The notes beneath the pieces were generated by a model, which was not told where the DNA came from, did not search any database, and saw only the letters and a program-made list of their open reading frames with translations. A stretch of 64,000 nucleotides of DNA from a virus (Duplodnaviria > Caudoviricetes), in IMG/VR virus record IMGVR_UViG_3300026116_000035; one strand, written 5' to 3'. Positions 1-9,572 of this stretch are shown here, one piece after another (within the stretch, counting starts at the first letter, position 1; every line of letters starts with the position of its first letter). The position numbers and the translations under genes are program-made.

Positions 1-137
1 AATTGTAATCAAAATATAGTTTGTTATTCTTATCGTGAAAAAATTAAAAAAGGTGAAAGAATACTGATAACCGATTATGATTGTGAAAAAGAAATGTATA
101 TAGTGGATGAATATCCTAATTTATATTTGTAAAATTA

Positions 138-437
138 ATGCATAAATTCATACCGAAAATTGCGAAAAAATTAAATAAAAAAGTCTCAACACGTCAATTA
201 GATGATATTCTTAATATAATTAATCAATATTTATATGAAGAAATTATAAATAATAAACCTATTTACATTGATAATTTTGGTACGATTAGTCAAAAAGTAT
301 CAAAATCCAGAAAAATATGGTCAAAATTTAAAAAAGCATACGTTTTAACGGTGCCAGCAAGGCAATTGGTATTTCGGGCACATAGTGTGTTTTTAGATTT
401 AATTGAAAAAAAACGTAAAAATTTTGAAAAATCTTAA
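138..437 (+). CDS. HU/IHF-family DNA-binding protein
   Basis: 99 aa, basic; IYIDNFGTI...RKIW...VPARQLVFRA matches the HU/IHF beta-arm pattern. Confidence 0.8.
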   Translation: MHKFIPKIAKKLNKKVSTRQLDDILNIINQYLYEEIINNKPIYIDNFGTISQKVSKSRKIWSKFKKAYVLTVPARQLVFRAHSVFLDLIEKKRKNFEKS

Positions 438-464
438 AATTCTACTTTTAAACTCGAAACATGC

Positions 465-493
465 TTGACATATAATGTGACTTGATCTAATTT
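465..493 (+). promoter_or_regulatory. sigma70-type promoter
   Basis: TTGACA (465-470), 17-nt spacer, TAATTT (488-493) in the intergenic gap before ORF 535. Confidence 0.6.
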
Positions 494-534
494 AGACGTT
501 AAGCCATACACGGGCATATCAGAGGTAAAATAAA

Positions 535-1083
535 ATGTTAGACGAGAATAATTCAGTAGCAATTAAAAAGCGTGGTCGTCCTCCAGGAGCAATCCGTGAG
601 GTATTTTTTATTATTTCAGCCATTGATGAAAACGGACAGCTGATTCAAGAAAAAATTACTGTAACTCGTGGTGAGAACATCACTAAAGAGGACATGCGGT
701 TAGAAGCATGCGCAATTTTCGAAGGCAAATTTAATATTAAACCAAATCTTAAATTTGTTAAAGGTCCGTGTTTTGATGCTAATTTAACTCAAACTTCCTC
801 ACCTAAACGAGAAAGTCCGAAATTTTCAGAAGAAAATGTATCTTGGACGAATCGTAAAATTCAGGCTGATTTTGGAGATTGGCGAGTTTTGGGACGATAT
901 TTTATTGATGAAGATGGAATCGAGCGGACTGATTATGTACGCGTAACATTTCGTTATGAGCTTTTTCCTGGTGAAAAGAAAAGAGCTCGACCAAATGATG
1001 CATTTAAGGCCGTTTCAGAATTAAAGAATATTAAGGAATTGAGCCCTAATTCTGAACATAATTCTGAAATAGCTGCGGAATAA
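535..1083 (+). CDS. hypothetical protein (N-terminal AT-hook-like KKRGRPP)
   Basis: 182-aa ORF with GAGG upstream; no family recognised. Confidence 0.75.
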   Translation: MLDENNSVAIKKRGRPPGAIREVFFIISAIDENGQLIQEKITVTRGENITKEDMRLEACAIFEGKFNIKPNLKFVKGPCFDANLTQTSSPKRESPKFSEENVSWTNRKIQADFGDWRVLGRYFIDEDGIERTDYVRVTFRYELFPGEKKRARPNDAFKAVSELKNIKELSPNSEHNSEIAAE

Positions 1084-1107
1084 TAACAATACATTTATTT
1101 TTTATTT

Positions 1108-1147
1108 AAATGCCTCCAGAATATTAATATTCTGGAGGCATTTTTTT
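1108..1147 (+). terminator. intrinsic terminator (perfect 36-bp palindrome)
   Basis: aaatgcctccagaatatt/aatattctggaggcattt followed by a T run, just after ORF 535-1083. Confidence 0.85.
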
Positions 1148-1235
1148 CGTTTATATTTAATATTTTTGCACATTTCTGTCGAGATTTACCGTAATTTCCG
1201 GCATATAAGGCCGGTACTATACGGAATTAATAAAA

Positions 1236-1613
1236 ATGAGTAAAAAATTAACTAATAAGCAAATTGAATTTTTCAAAAACCTTTTTCTAAAACAAAAAGA
1301 AGATATTGAAAATATATGTAAAAAAAATTGTGAAACTTCTGAAATTGATTTAGAAGGTGATGAAGTGGATATAATCCAAGCTTCCATTTTACACAATGTT
1401 GATTCAAAAATCTTAGAAAGAGAAGCTAAAAAATTGATTAAAATCAATATAGCATTAACCAAAATTGATAATGGAACTTTTGGAAACTGTGAAGATTGCG
1501 ATGAATTTATTACAATCAAGAGATTAGAAGCTTGTCCAGATACTCAATTTTGTATTTTCTGTGCACAAAAAGCTGAATTAGAAGCGAAAATGTTTTCTGG
1601 TAAAAAGATTTAA
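1236..1613 (+). CDS. dksA: DksA/TraR C4 zinc-finger protein
   Basis: Coiled coil with acidic tip GDEVD; GTFGNCEDC...RLEACPDTQFCIFC. Confidence 0.88.
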   Translation: MSKKLTNKQIEFFKNLFLKQKEDIENICKKNCETSEIDLEGDEVDIIQASILHNVDSKILEREAKKLIKINIALTKIDNGTFGNCEDCDEFITIKRLEACPDTQFCIFCAQKAELEAKMFSGKKI

Positions 1614-1684
1614 GTTGTTGAATTTACTGACTATTTTCAGTAAATTAATTAATATAATTAATTAAACGATAAATGTATAGGCAT

Positions 1685-1708
1685 GCAACCTCATATTATT
1701 GAGGTTGC
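1685..1708. repeat. perfect 9-bp inverted repeat upstream of clpP
   Basis: gcaacctca-tattat-tgaggttgc; no T tail. Confidence 0.7.
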
Positions 1709-1731
1709 TATTCAAGAGAAAGTAGTAATCA

Positions 1732-2400
1732 ATGCAGAAAATCAGTAAAACTAGGAATATCCATCCCATGATTTATGAAAAAACTCGAGACGGTGAGGTT
1801 CTGTATGATGTCTTTTCAAGATTAATTAAAGATAGGATTGTATTTTTATCTGGAAGTGAAGGTATTGATTGTGAAACAGCTGTCACTACTTCTGCAACTT
1901 TATTATTTCTTGATCATCAAAGTAAAACAAAACCAATTTCTATATATATAAATTCTCCTGGTGGTACTGTAACAGATGGTTTGTATACCATTTATGATAC
2001 AATGCAGTCAATACAAGCACCAATTAAGACGGTATGTATGGGGCAAGCTTGTTCTGCTGCTGCTGTTATTTTAGGAGCTGGTACAAAAGGCATGAGATAT
2101 GCTTTTGAAAATGCTGAAATAATGATCCACCAACTTCAAATTGGTGGTGGTGAACAATATAAACCAGCATCTGAAGTTATCAAGGAATCTGCTAGGATTA
2201 AACGATTAAATGATAAAATTTTAAAAACTATTGCTGATCATAGTGGCCAATCTTTCGAAAAAGTTAAAAACGATGTAACTGATGATTTTTATATGACAGC
2301 TCAAGAAGCATTAGAGTACGGTTTGATTGATGGTTTAATTAAAAAAACAAAAACTGTTTCAACTCCAAAGAAAGTTATGGGTAGAAGACGTAAAAGTTGA
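1732..2400 (+). CDS. clpP: ATP-dependent Clp protease proteolytic subunit
   Basis: DVFSRLIKDRIVFL, YINSPGG, GQACSAAA (Ser), IMIHQ (His), DFYMTAQEALEYGLID (Asp). Confidence 0.95.
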   Translation: MQKISKTRNIHPMIYEKTRDGEVLYDVFSRLIKDRIVFLSGSEGIDCETAVTTSATLLFLDHQSKTKPISIYINSPGGTVTDGLYTIYDTMQSIQAPIKTVCMGQACSAAAVILGAGTKGMRYAFENAEIMIHQLQIGGGEQYKPASEVIKESARIKRLNDKILKTIADHSGQSFEKVKNDVTDDFYMTAQEALEYGLIDGLIKKTKTVSTPKKVMGRRRKS

Positions 2401-2771
2401 TGTATAGTGATATTGAGGAAAATATTAGAAAAAATCTAATAATTTATCTCTCTAGTCATCAATGTACAGAGTGTTTTAAACCATATTCTGATAGTACATA
2501 TATTGAAATTGACGATCTTGCATTTTATTTTGCAGATAAAATATTCTATAAACTTGATTGTTCAGTTTCAAGAAATATAAATGCAATTAAAAAAAATGTA
2601 AATTATTTTATTCCAAAATCTTCAAGACAGGTATATTCATTAATTAAACCAAGATTACATGGAAATTCTTATAGAATTTGTATTACATGCAAATTTTGCT
2701 ATAAAACCATATATAAAGAATATAACATGTCTAAATTTGATGGAACTAAAATTTATTTAAATAATCAATAA
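2397..2771 (+). CDS. hypothetical protein with Cys motifs
   Basis: 124 aa; CTEC and CITCKFC; ATGA overlap with the clpP stop. Confidence 0.7.
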   Translation: MMYSDIEENIRKNLIIYLSSHQCTECFKPYSDSTYIEIDDLAFYFADKIFYKLDCSVSRNINAIKKNVNYFIPKSSRQVYSLIKPRLHGNSYRICITCKFCYKTIYKEYNMSKFDGTKIYLNNQ

Positions 2772-2773
2772 TT

Positions 2774-4258
2774 TTGCATGATTGTATGAATGAGTTTATT
2801 ATAACAGCTAGGAAAAGGTCTGATGATCCTGTTCAAGAAGCTTTAAGACAGCATAAAGACACATGGAATCATGAAGCTTCTTTACTTATTGCTCAACTAA
2901 TAGCATTCAAACGTGGATTAAATGGTAGAGGTGAGCCTAAGGTAGGATTACCTCCAGGATCTATAAAAGATCCTGTACCAAATGAAATTGGTTCTTATTT
3001 AGATCAATTAGCAGATCGTTATAATAGACTCATTTCAGATGCTCATAAAATTATTGAAGAACAGAATCATTATTCAGAAAACAGAAAAAAAGGATTAAAA
3101 GAACAAACTGCAAATTTTGATCCAGAAATAATGAAAATAGCTTCTTGGTGGGGAAGTAGAGCTTTAACTTATACTAAAAATCAATATTTAAATCCTAAAT
3201 ATTGGCTTTCTAAAAATGAATCCACTAAAATCAGAATGATAGTATTAAAAATATCTACTGATTTAATCAAAAAATTAAAAATTATTGATGGTGATATTGT
3301 ATCTAATGATATAAATGCAACACCAAATGCAGTATATGATTTTGATAAATTTGTATCGTCATTTAATAAATTATTAATTTCAAATTTGAAAAAAATAATT
3401 GAAATAGAGAAAATAAATGAAACTCAACATGCCGAAAACAGTTCGAAAAACAATTTCAAAGAAACTGTTAATGAATCAGGACGTGAAGATGAATCTGTAT
3501 TATCAGGAGAATTTGACTCCGCAGAAAAGTTTCCTAACATACGTGAAGAATCAGAGAGTAAAAATTCAGAAAAAATAGATATAAAGCAGATTTTATCAGA
3601 TATTGTTTATTGTGGACGATTAGTTGAGATTATGAATCTACTTAAAATAGATCAAAAAGATGTAATATTTTTCGAATCTAGTGTAAAAGCTCTAAGAAAA
3701 TTATTAGATAGTATCTCTATTTCTAATGAAGGTTCTTTCGATAATGCAATTAATTCTTATAATGATTTAAAATTATTATCGGCGAAATTATTAAAAGTTA
3801 ATAATGATTCTTTTTTAAAGCAATTAAGTCAAGCAAATGATATTTTACTTGCTAAAACTTCTGCAATTTCTTTAGATTTTGAAAAATTAGCAAAAAAATC
3901 GTTTAAACGGTTTCTTGATAGACAGAAACTAAAAATTTTACCAGATTCGATGGATAGAATTAAATTAGATTGTTCTAAAAAAATAACAAATTTAATTAAC
4001 TTAATAGATGATTTTCAAAATTTATTAGAAAAAAATGAACAAAATTTAGATGTTTTAATATCTAAAGTTAATAATATTATTGATGCAATTTCAGAAACAG
4101 CTGATGATTTATATTATTTGGCTAAAACTCACAATGATAATTATGAACAAAATAGATTAAATGGTAAACCTTCTACTAATTTAATTAAAACTGAAATGAT
4201 ACATAGATTAAAAAACTTCAAAAATGAAGTTGAATTATTAAAAACTAAATTAAAATGA
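2774..4258 (+). CDS. hypothetical protein, possibly virion/head-associated
   Basis: 494-aa helical ORF with K-x-A motifs (MKIASWW, EKLAKK); function inferred only. Confidence 0.7.
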   Translation: MHDCMNEFIITARKRSDDPVQEALRQHKDTWNHEASLLIAQLIAFKRGLNGRGEPKVGLPPGSIKDPVPNEIGSYLDQLADRYNRLISDAHKIIEEQNHYSENRKKGLKEQTANFDPEIMKIASWWGSRALTYTKNQYLNPKYWLSKNESTKIRMIVLKISTDLIKKLKIIDGDIVSNDINATPNAVYDFDKFVSSFNKLLISNLKKIIEIEKINETQHAENSSKNNFKETVNESGREDESVLSGEFDSAEKFPNIREESESKNSEKIDIKQILSDIVYCGRLVEIMNLLKIDQKDVIFFESSVKALRKLLDSISISNEGSFDNAINSYNDLKLLSAKLLKVNNDSFLKQLSQANDILLAKTSAISLDFEKLAKKSFKRFLDRQKLKILPDSMDRIKLDCSKKITNLINLIDDFQNLLEKNEQNLDVLISKVNNIIDAISETADDLYYLAKTHNDNYEQNRLNGKPSTNLIKTEMIHRLKNFKNEVELLKTKLK

Positions 4259-4650
4259 ATGATAAAGTAAAAATTGGAAATTATGTATTTGATACTCTTA
4301 TTGCAATAACTGAAGAAGAACATTCAAATGGATTAATGTGGAAGAAACCTCCAACGCCTATTATGAGTTTTCCATATGATAAATTAGATATACATAAGTT
4401 CTGGATGCAAAATACTATTGTTCCATTAGATATATTATTTTGTAGATGTGGTCAAGTAATAGATATACAAAAAGGTAAACCATATTCTATTGATCTTATT
4501 GGACCAGATGAACCAACGGATTTAGTTATAGAATTACCAGAAGGTACAGCGGATAAATTTAATATAACTATAGGATCAGAAGTTTCAATTAAATATTCTG
4601 TGCCAACTTTAAGTAAAAAAATTATAAAGAAACTAAATTTTACCTCTTGA
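4255..4650 (+). CDS. DUF192-family protein
   Basis: GLMW...MSFPY...FWMQNTIVPLDILF...VIELPEG is the DUF192 pattern. Confidence 0.85.
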   Translation: MNDKVKIGNYVFDTLIAITEEEHSNGLMWKKPPTPIMSFPYDKLDIHKFWMQNTIVPLDILFCRCGQVIDIQKGKPYSIDLIGPDEPTDLVIELPEGTADKFNITIGSEVSIKYSVPTLSKKIIKKLNFTS

Positions 4651-4676
4651 CAATTTATAATATTTGTGGTTAGAAT
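4647..4676 (+). promoter_or_regulatory. sigma70-type promoter
   Basis: TTGACA (4647-4652), 18-nt spacer, TAGAAT (4671-4676), a few nt before ATG 4683 (near-leaderless). Confidence 0.6.
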
Positions 4677-4682
4677 ATAAGT

Positions 4683-4967
4683 ATGTTAACTATACCAAAA
4701 TGTTATTCTGCATTAGTTGCTTCCGGCAATGGAGCAAAATGTGAAAATTTAAAAAGAAATATTCAAAATGTTCTTCTAAAAAGAGAAGACTTTACAGGAA
4801 TGTATAAAGTAGAATTGTTTAAATTTTACAAAGATCAATATCCAGATATCGTCAGAGAAATTTCAAAAGAACTAAAACAATCTATTGAAATAGTTGTTAA
4901 AGATGTAGACGATATATATTTTGGCAATGATTTAAAGAAAACACAAGCGAAAGTCATCATAAAATGA
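4683..4967 (+). CDS. hypothetical protein
   Basis: 94-aa ORF directly after the promoter. Confidence 0.7.
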   Translation: MLTIPKCYSALVASGNGAKCENLKRNIQNVLLKREDFTGMYKVELFKFYKDQYPDIVREISKELKQSIEIVVKDVDDIYFGNDLKKTQAKVIIK

Positions 4968-5107
4968 ATCCAGAAGTAGAAAAATTAGTAAGAGTTTCTC
5001 CATTGCGTTTAAATGCTGATTTGGCTAAAGATATTGCTATTTTTAGAAAAATTTTAGAGCTCTCTATGAAAAAGTTTTTATGGAACGGTTTATGTGGTCA
5101 GAGTTAG
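4964..5107 (+). CDS. small hypothetical protein (47 aa, not in ORF track)
   Basis: MNPEVEKLVRVSPLRLNADLAKDIAIFRKILELSMKKFLWNGLCGQS; ATGA overlap with the upstream stop. Confidence 0.5.
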   Translation: MNPEVEKLVRVSPLRLNADLAKDIAIFRKILELSMKKFLWNGLCGQS

Positions 5108-5165
5108 ATAATTTAATATTTTTTTTTAAATTTTCGACAATTTATTTGTTAAATCATTTAATAAT

Positions 5166-5413
5166 GAAGGTGGGCCAAGTATGCAAATGTAGTCATATTT
5201 CGCCTCAACCTTTCTTCGATTTAGACTTGACTGTGGCCAAAAAGTCAGTAGGATGATGATCAATCAGCCACAGATATGTTCATATAAGTTTTAAAACATA
5301 AAATTTAAAATTTTCGAGAGACTGTGGCAACGAGAATTTAAAATTCTCGTTAGTCTAACTAACATTAGACTTAAATAAGTGAATAATTGTGGAAACACTT
5401 TAAAATTCCACAA
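5166..5413. other. structured non-coding region (candidate ncRNA or origin)
   Basis: Several inverted repeats (5329-5351, 5352-5371, 5387-5413, 5231-5273) and direct repeat gactgtggc at 5229 and 5320, within a ~390-bp gap. Confidence 0.5.
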
Positions 5414-5500
5414 AAATAAACGTTTAAAAACTTTAGCAAGACATATTATCCAATTTTAAATAGTTGGTATGATATACTTTTGCAAAAATGATGGTGCCGA

Positions 5501-7027
5501 ATGAGTGACGAAAGTTCCATAAGCGTTATTGAAAAATTTAATAAAATAGCTTCAACTATTACTGTTGAAGAGCTAGATGATTGGACCGACATTTTATTTT
5601 CTTATTATCATAATAAAATTCATAGTTTAGCGATTAAATCATATGGTGAAACGGCTAGGGCAACTGGAGTAGCTTCTTTAGCTTTTAAGGAACAAGCTAA
5701 AATTGAATTAAAATCAGCTTTAAATACATTTTTATTCAAGTCAGAACATTGGAGAACAGGTAGAGATATAAATAGTTACTTACATACATGTTTAAATAGA
5801 TTGTCTGATAGAATTTTAGCTGATGTTGATAACGTAAAAAAATATAATTGTCCTATTTGCCCTGGATGTAAACATCTTGGTATTAAAACATTTTTATTTG
5901 CTGAAGGCAAATTATTAAAATGTGATTATTGTAATAAAGAATCAGATAGACTTCCTAATGAAATTTTGTTGTTAAAAAACAAAATAAATTTATCTATACA
6001 AGATAAACAAAATATTTCATTATTCGAATCTAGATTAAGAATTCATAAAACATTTGCTATCCATTCTAAAAAAGGATATCGTTGTACCGATTGTCAAAGA
6101 TTTATTCCTGAATCTTTGGCGACAAATCACGGAATATCTTGTCCATATGATGATTGTGATTTCTTCTCTAAGATTGAGAAATTAGAGATAATGGCTCATC
6201 CTGTATCTATGTCAACAAGACTTATGATGCATTTTGAAGATAAAGATAATAATAGCGCAAATAGTATACGTAGACCAAACACAGTATTTTTAAATAGTTT
6301 AAATATAAAAGCAGATAATATTGATGCAGATATTAATTTAGAAATTAATGAAACTATAGAAATTGAATTTGAACAGCTAACTTCAGTTATTGATGAACAA
6401 GTTAAATCAATAAAAAGAATAAATTCTTCTAGTACAATGATGCAAAAATTGCTTATGTATCAAGCATATCAAAATATGTTAGAGCAGTTTCCTGAAGAAA
6501 TGATCTCTTATTTAGTTCATAGAAAACAAGCAGCAGAATTTCCAATTCAATCCCGTATATTTCAAGAATATGCGAAATTAATGCAGGAATCTTTGCCTTT
6601 TACTATTGAAAGAGATTTTGGAGAATATACTGTTTATGATTTATTAGATCCACAATTACAATTATTCTCAGGGAAATCTGAATTTGAAACAGAGGTACAG
6701 TACGATCACTCTATACCTAATAAAACCATAGAAACATATGTAGGCGGAACATCATTTAAAGATTATGGACCATGCTTTATCGGATCTTTAATTGATGTAG
6801 TTGACAAAAATACTGGATTTTCCATAAAAGACAAAGTTAAAAATTATACTTTTTCACAAATAAATATGACAGATGAAGTATTATATAATACGCCTGTCAC
6901 AGTAAAACATTTTAGAATTAAATCACATTATGAAATTGGTAGTTTAGTTTATTTACAAAGAATTAGAAAACGAATTGTCGATGGTGTGTATTTTAAATTG
7001 CATGGTAAAAAGCGAATGGCAAGCTAA
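5501..7027 (+). CDS. hypothetical multi-zinc-ribbon protein, N-terminus weakly sigma-region-2-like
   Basis: 508 aa; CPICPGC, CDYC, CTDC, CPYDDC; helical N-terminal domain. Confidence 0.7.
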   Translation: MSDESSISVIEKFNKIASTITVEELDDWTDILFSYYHNKIHSLAIKSYGETARATGVASLAFKEQAKIELKSALNTFLFKSEHWRTGRDINSYLHTCLNRLSDRILADVDNVKKYNCPICPGCKHLGIKTFLFAEGKLLKCDYCNKESDRLPNEILLLKNKINLSIQDKQNISLFESRLRIHKTFAIHSKKGYRCTDCQRFIPESLATNHGISCPYDDCDFFSKIEKLEIMAHPVSMSTRLMMHFEDKDNNSANSIRRPNTVFLNSLNIKADNIDADINLEINETIEIEFEQLTSVIDEQVKSIKRINSSSTMMQKLLMYQAYQNMLEQFPEEMISYLVHRKQAAEFPIQSRIFQEYAKLMQESLPFTIERDFGEYTVYDLLDPQLQLFSGKSEFETEVQYDHSIPNKTIETYVGGTSFKDYGPCFIGSLIDVVDKNTGFSIKDKVKNYTFSQINMTDEVLYNTPVTVKHFRIKSHYEIGSLVYLQRIRKRIVDGVYFKLHGKKRMAS

Positions 7028-7036
7028 AGGAGATAG

Positions 7037-7489
7037 ATGACGAATATAAGAAATAATGTTAAAGCGTTTCATGAGGCGATGGACATACCAATTTTAAATA
7101 AACCTCAAGTTCCATCGGAAAACAGAGTTAGGTTACGATTAAGACTTATTGCTGAAGAATTTGTTGAATTATTAGAAGCAACATACAATATACCTAGTCT
7201 TTTATTACTTTCTATTAAATTTATTTTGAATCTTATAGTTGATTCATGTGAAATAGATGTAAATATGGAAAAATTTGCTGATTCATTGGGTGATATTGAT
7301 TATGTCAATGAAGGAGCTAGATTAGAATTTGGTATTAATGGAGAGGGAATTGCAGCCGAAATTCAAGCCGCAAATATGAGAAAAATAGGTGGTCCAATTC
7401 GCCCTGAAGATGGAAAACGATTAAAGCCTCCAGGTTGGGTAGGTCCTGATATTCTTGGTGAATTAAAAAGACAGGGATTTGAAGAATAA
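7037..7489 (+). CDS. MazG-like/PRA-PH NTP pyrophosphohydrolase
   Basis: VKAFHEAM...LRLRLIAEEFVEL...ADSLGDIDYV...EIQAANMRK. Confidence 0.85.
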   Translation: MTNIRNNVKAFHEAMDIPILNKPQVPSENRVRLRLRLIAEEFVELLEATYNIPSLLLLSIKFILNLIVDSCEIDVNMEKFADSLGDIDYVNEGARLEFGINGEGIAAEIQAANMRKIGGPIRPEDGKRLKPPGWVGPDILGELKRQGFEE

Positions 7490-7795
7490 ATGAATTCACA
7501 ATATTCTTCATTATTAATAGGTGAACCTCTTAATATTCTTCCAACTCTTTTAAAAGATAAAAATTGTAATATTTGGTATGAAAAGTCGGATTATATCAGA
7601 GAAAATTTATCGCAGCAAGATATTAAATCCTTTTATCTAGTTTTATTAGAGGCTGCAGAAAAAGAAAGTCCTCTAAATGAAGATGAATCAAATTATAATC
7701 GTCTAATGGAAGATTTAGATATTTTTTGGTACGCTATGTCTAATAAAAATGCTATAGAAGTAGAATTAATATCAAAAGATCCTATTAAATTATAA
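7490..7795 (+). CDS. hypothetical protein
   Basis: 101-aa ORF, tightly packed with neighbours. Confidence 0.7.
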   Translation: MNSQYSSLLIGEPLNILPTLLKDKNCNIWYEKSDYIRENLSQQDIKSFYLVLLEAAEKESPLNEDESNYNRLMEDLDIFWYAMSNKNAIEVELISKDPIKL

Positions 7796-8430
7796 TGTCC
7801 AAAAATAATTCGGAAATTGGTAAAATAGATGAAGAATATATTGCCAGAGGTAAAACAATTATCGGCGTAGATGATGTCGGTAGAGGTTGTATCGCTGGCA
7901 ATATGTATATAGGATTTGTTTCATTTAATCCTTTATCATCTTATCCAGGAATAGATGATAGTAAAAAATTATCTAAAATTTTTAAAGATGACGAAAAGCG
8001 ATTTAAATTAGATAGTTTTATTAGAAATAATAGTAGACATCTAGTTATGCAAGTCTCTGTAAATCAAATAAATTCTGGTAGAAATTTGAATGAATTATTT
8101 CGAATTCAATTTATTAATGGATTGAATATATTAACTAATTCAATGAAAATTAATAAAAAAGATTTAGTAGTATTTTTGGACGGTCTTGACACATATGATA
8201 ATGATCTCTATAATATTGAATATAGAGCTAAATTTGACGCACTGAGTTATAATGTAGCTGCAGCTTCAATTATTGCTAAAAATGTACAAGTTTCAGCAAT
8301 GAGGGAATTAGATAGCAAATTTCCTGACTATAAATTTAGTTCTCATAATGGATATTCTACTGATAAACATAGAGAAGCCATTAAAAAATATGGAACTTGT
8401 TCTGCACATAGAATAGATTGGATAAAATGA
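7795..8430 (+). CDS. rnhB: ribonuclease HII
   Basis: IIGVDDVGRGCIAG (usual DE pair is DD here), DDSKKL, VAAASIIAK, HNGYSTDKHREAI. Confidence 0.9.
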   Translation: MSKNNSEIGKIDEEYIARGKTIIGVDDVGRGCIAGNMYIGFVSFNPLSSYPGIDDSKKLSKIFKDDEKRFKLDSFIRNNSRHLVMQVSVNQINSGRNLNELFRIQFINGLNILTNSMKINKKDLVVFLDGLDTYDNDLYNIEYRAKFDALSYNVAAASIIAKNVQVSAMRELDSKFPDYKFSSHNGYSTDKHREAIKKYGTCSAHRIDWIK

Positions 8431-9272
8431 GAATATTATTAGTAAGACATGGTGAATCTCAAAGTAATTGTGATTCTACTTTACATAAAATTATACCTGA
8501 TCATGAAATCTCTCTTTCATCATTAGGATTTTCTCAAGCTGAATATGCTGGAGAATGTTTAAAAGCGTATTTTGAAAAAATTTACGCTGATATTTACAAT
8601 AATAATATTTCAATTAAAGAAAAAGCCGAAAGTAAAATTGATGAATTATTTGATGCTTTTGGTAAAAACAATCAATTGAAATCTATAATGAAAGGTTTAT
8701 TATCAAATATAGATGGTTCAAATCATTATTTAGATAATGAATTAAAACCAAAAATTAAATTATATCATTCTCCATATCGTAGAACTAGAGAAACTACAAA
8801 TGAAATTTTAAAAGTGATAAAACCATTAGTATGTGAAGTACAAGAAGATGTTTTACTTTGCGAAGAGCAACATGGTCTATTTGATGGCGCTGAAGATGAT
8901 GAACAAGAAAGGGAATATCCTAATGAATATAAATTATTCATTAAAACAAAATTACATAATGGTAAATTTTGGGCAAGGTATCCCCACGGAGAATCGCCTT
9001 TTGATGTAGCAATTAGATTACGTCAATTTTTTCAACGGCTAAAAGAAGATGAAGAAAATGGAATTAATGATGCAGTTATAGTTTGTCATGGAATTGTAAT
9101 AAAAGTATTTGCTATGGCCTGGCTGAATGAAACTCCAGAATGGTATGAAGCTGAACAATCTCCAGGAAATTGTTCTATTAGGATTTTAGAAAATAAAAAA
9201 GATATGGGGTACATTTTTGGCGGACATAGAAACGGAAAAGCTTGGAATTATCAGCAAAATATTAAGAAATAA
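8427..9272 (+). CDS. histidine phosphatase (phosphoglycerate mutase-like)
   Basis: LLVRHGESQSN, SPYRRTRET, GESPFDV, IVCHG; start set to ATG 8427 (ATGA overlap). Confidence 0.9.
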   Translation: MRILLVRHGESQSNCDSTLHKIIPDHEISLSSLGFSQAEYAGECLKAYFEKIYADIYNNNISIKEKAESKIDELFDAFGKNNQLKSIMKGLLSNIDGSNHYLDNELKPKIKLYHSPYRRTRETTNEILKVIKPLVCEVQEDVLLCEEQHGLFDGAEDDEQEREYPNEYKLFIKTKLHNGKFWARYPHGESPFDVAIRLRQFFQRLKEDEENGINDAVIVCHGIVIKVFAMAWLNETPEWYEAEQSPGNCSIRILENKKDMGYIFGGHRNGKAWNYQQNIKK

Positions 9273-9275
9273 ACT

Positions 9276-9572
9276 ATGAAATATTTATTAGGAACAAAAG
9301 ATAAAAAATGGTTCTTTAGATATCATGCAGAAGGATCAACTATAATTACAAGCGATCCGTTCCAAGCGTTATTAGTTAATAATATAGATGATATTCCATC
9401 TGATTGGATTAAAAATACTATAAAATGTGCTGGTAAATTTATTGATTCTAATGGTCCAGAAATGAATAAACTTCTTGATGAAGTTGACGGAATTAAAATT
9501 GAAGAAAACGATTTATGTATTTATGAATTTGAAACGGAAATTAAATATTCTTTAAAAGAATTAGAAAAATGA
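9276..9572 (+). CDS. hypothetical protein
   Basis: 98-aa ORF. Confidence 0.7.
   Translation: MKYLLGTKDKKWFFRYHAEGSTIITSDPFQALLVNNIDDIPSDWIKNTIKCAGKFIDSNGPEMNKLLDEVDGIKIEENDLCIYEFETEIKYSLKELEK

Noticed and set aside
5108-5500. tRNA, tmRNA or group I intron in the large gap
   Set aside because: No cloverleaf, T-loop or CCA end. A partial R-like string (gagagactg) has no matching S element, and no interrupted exon pair is evident.
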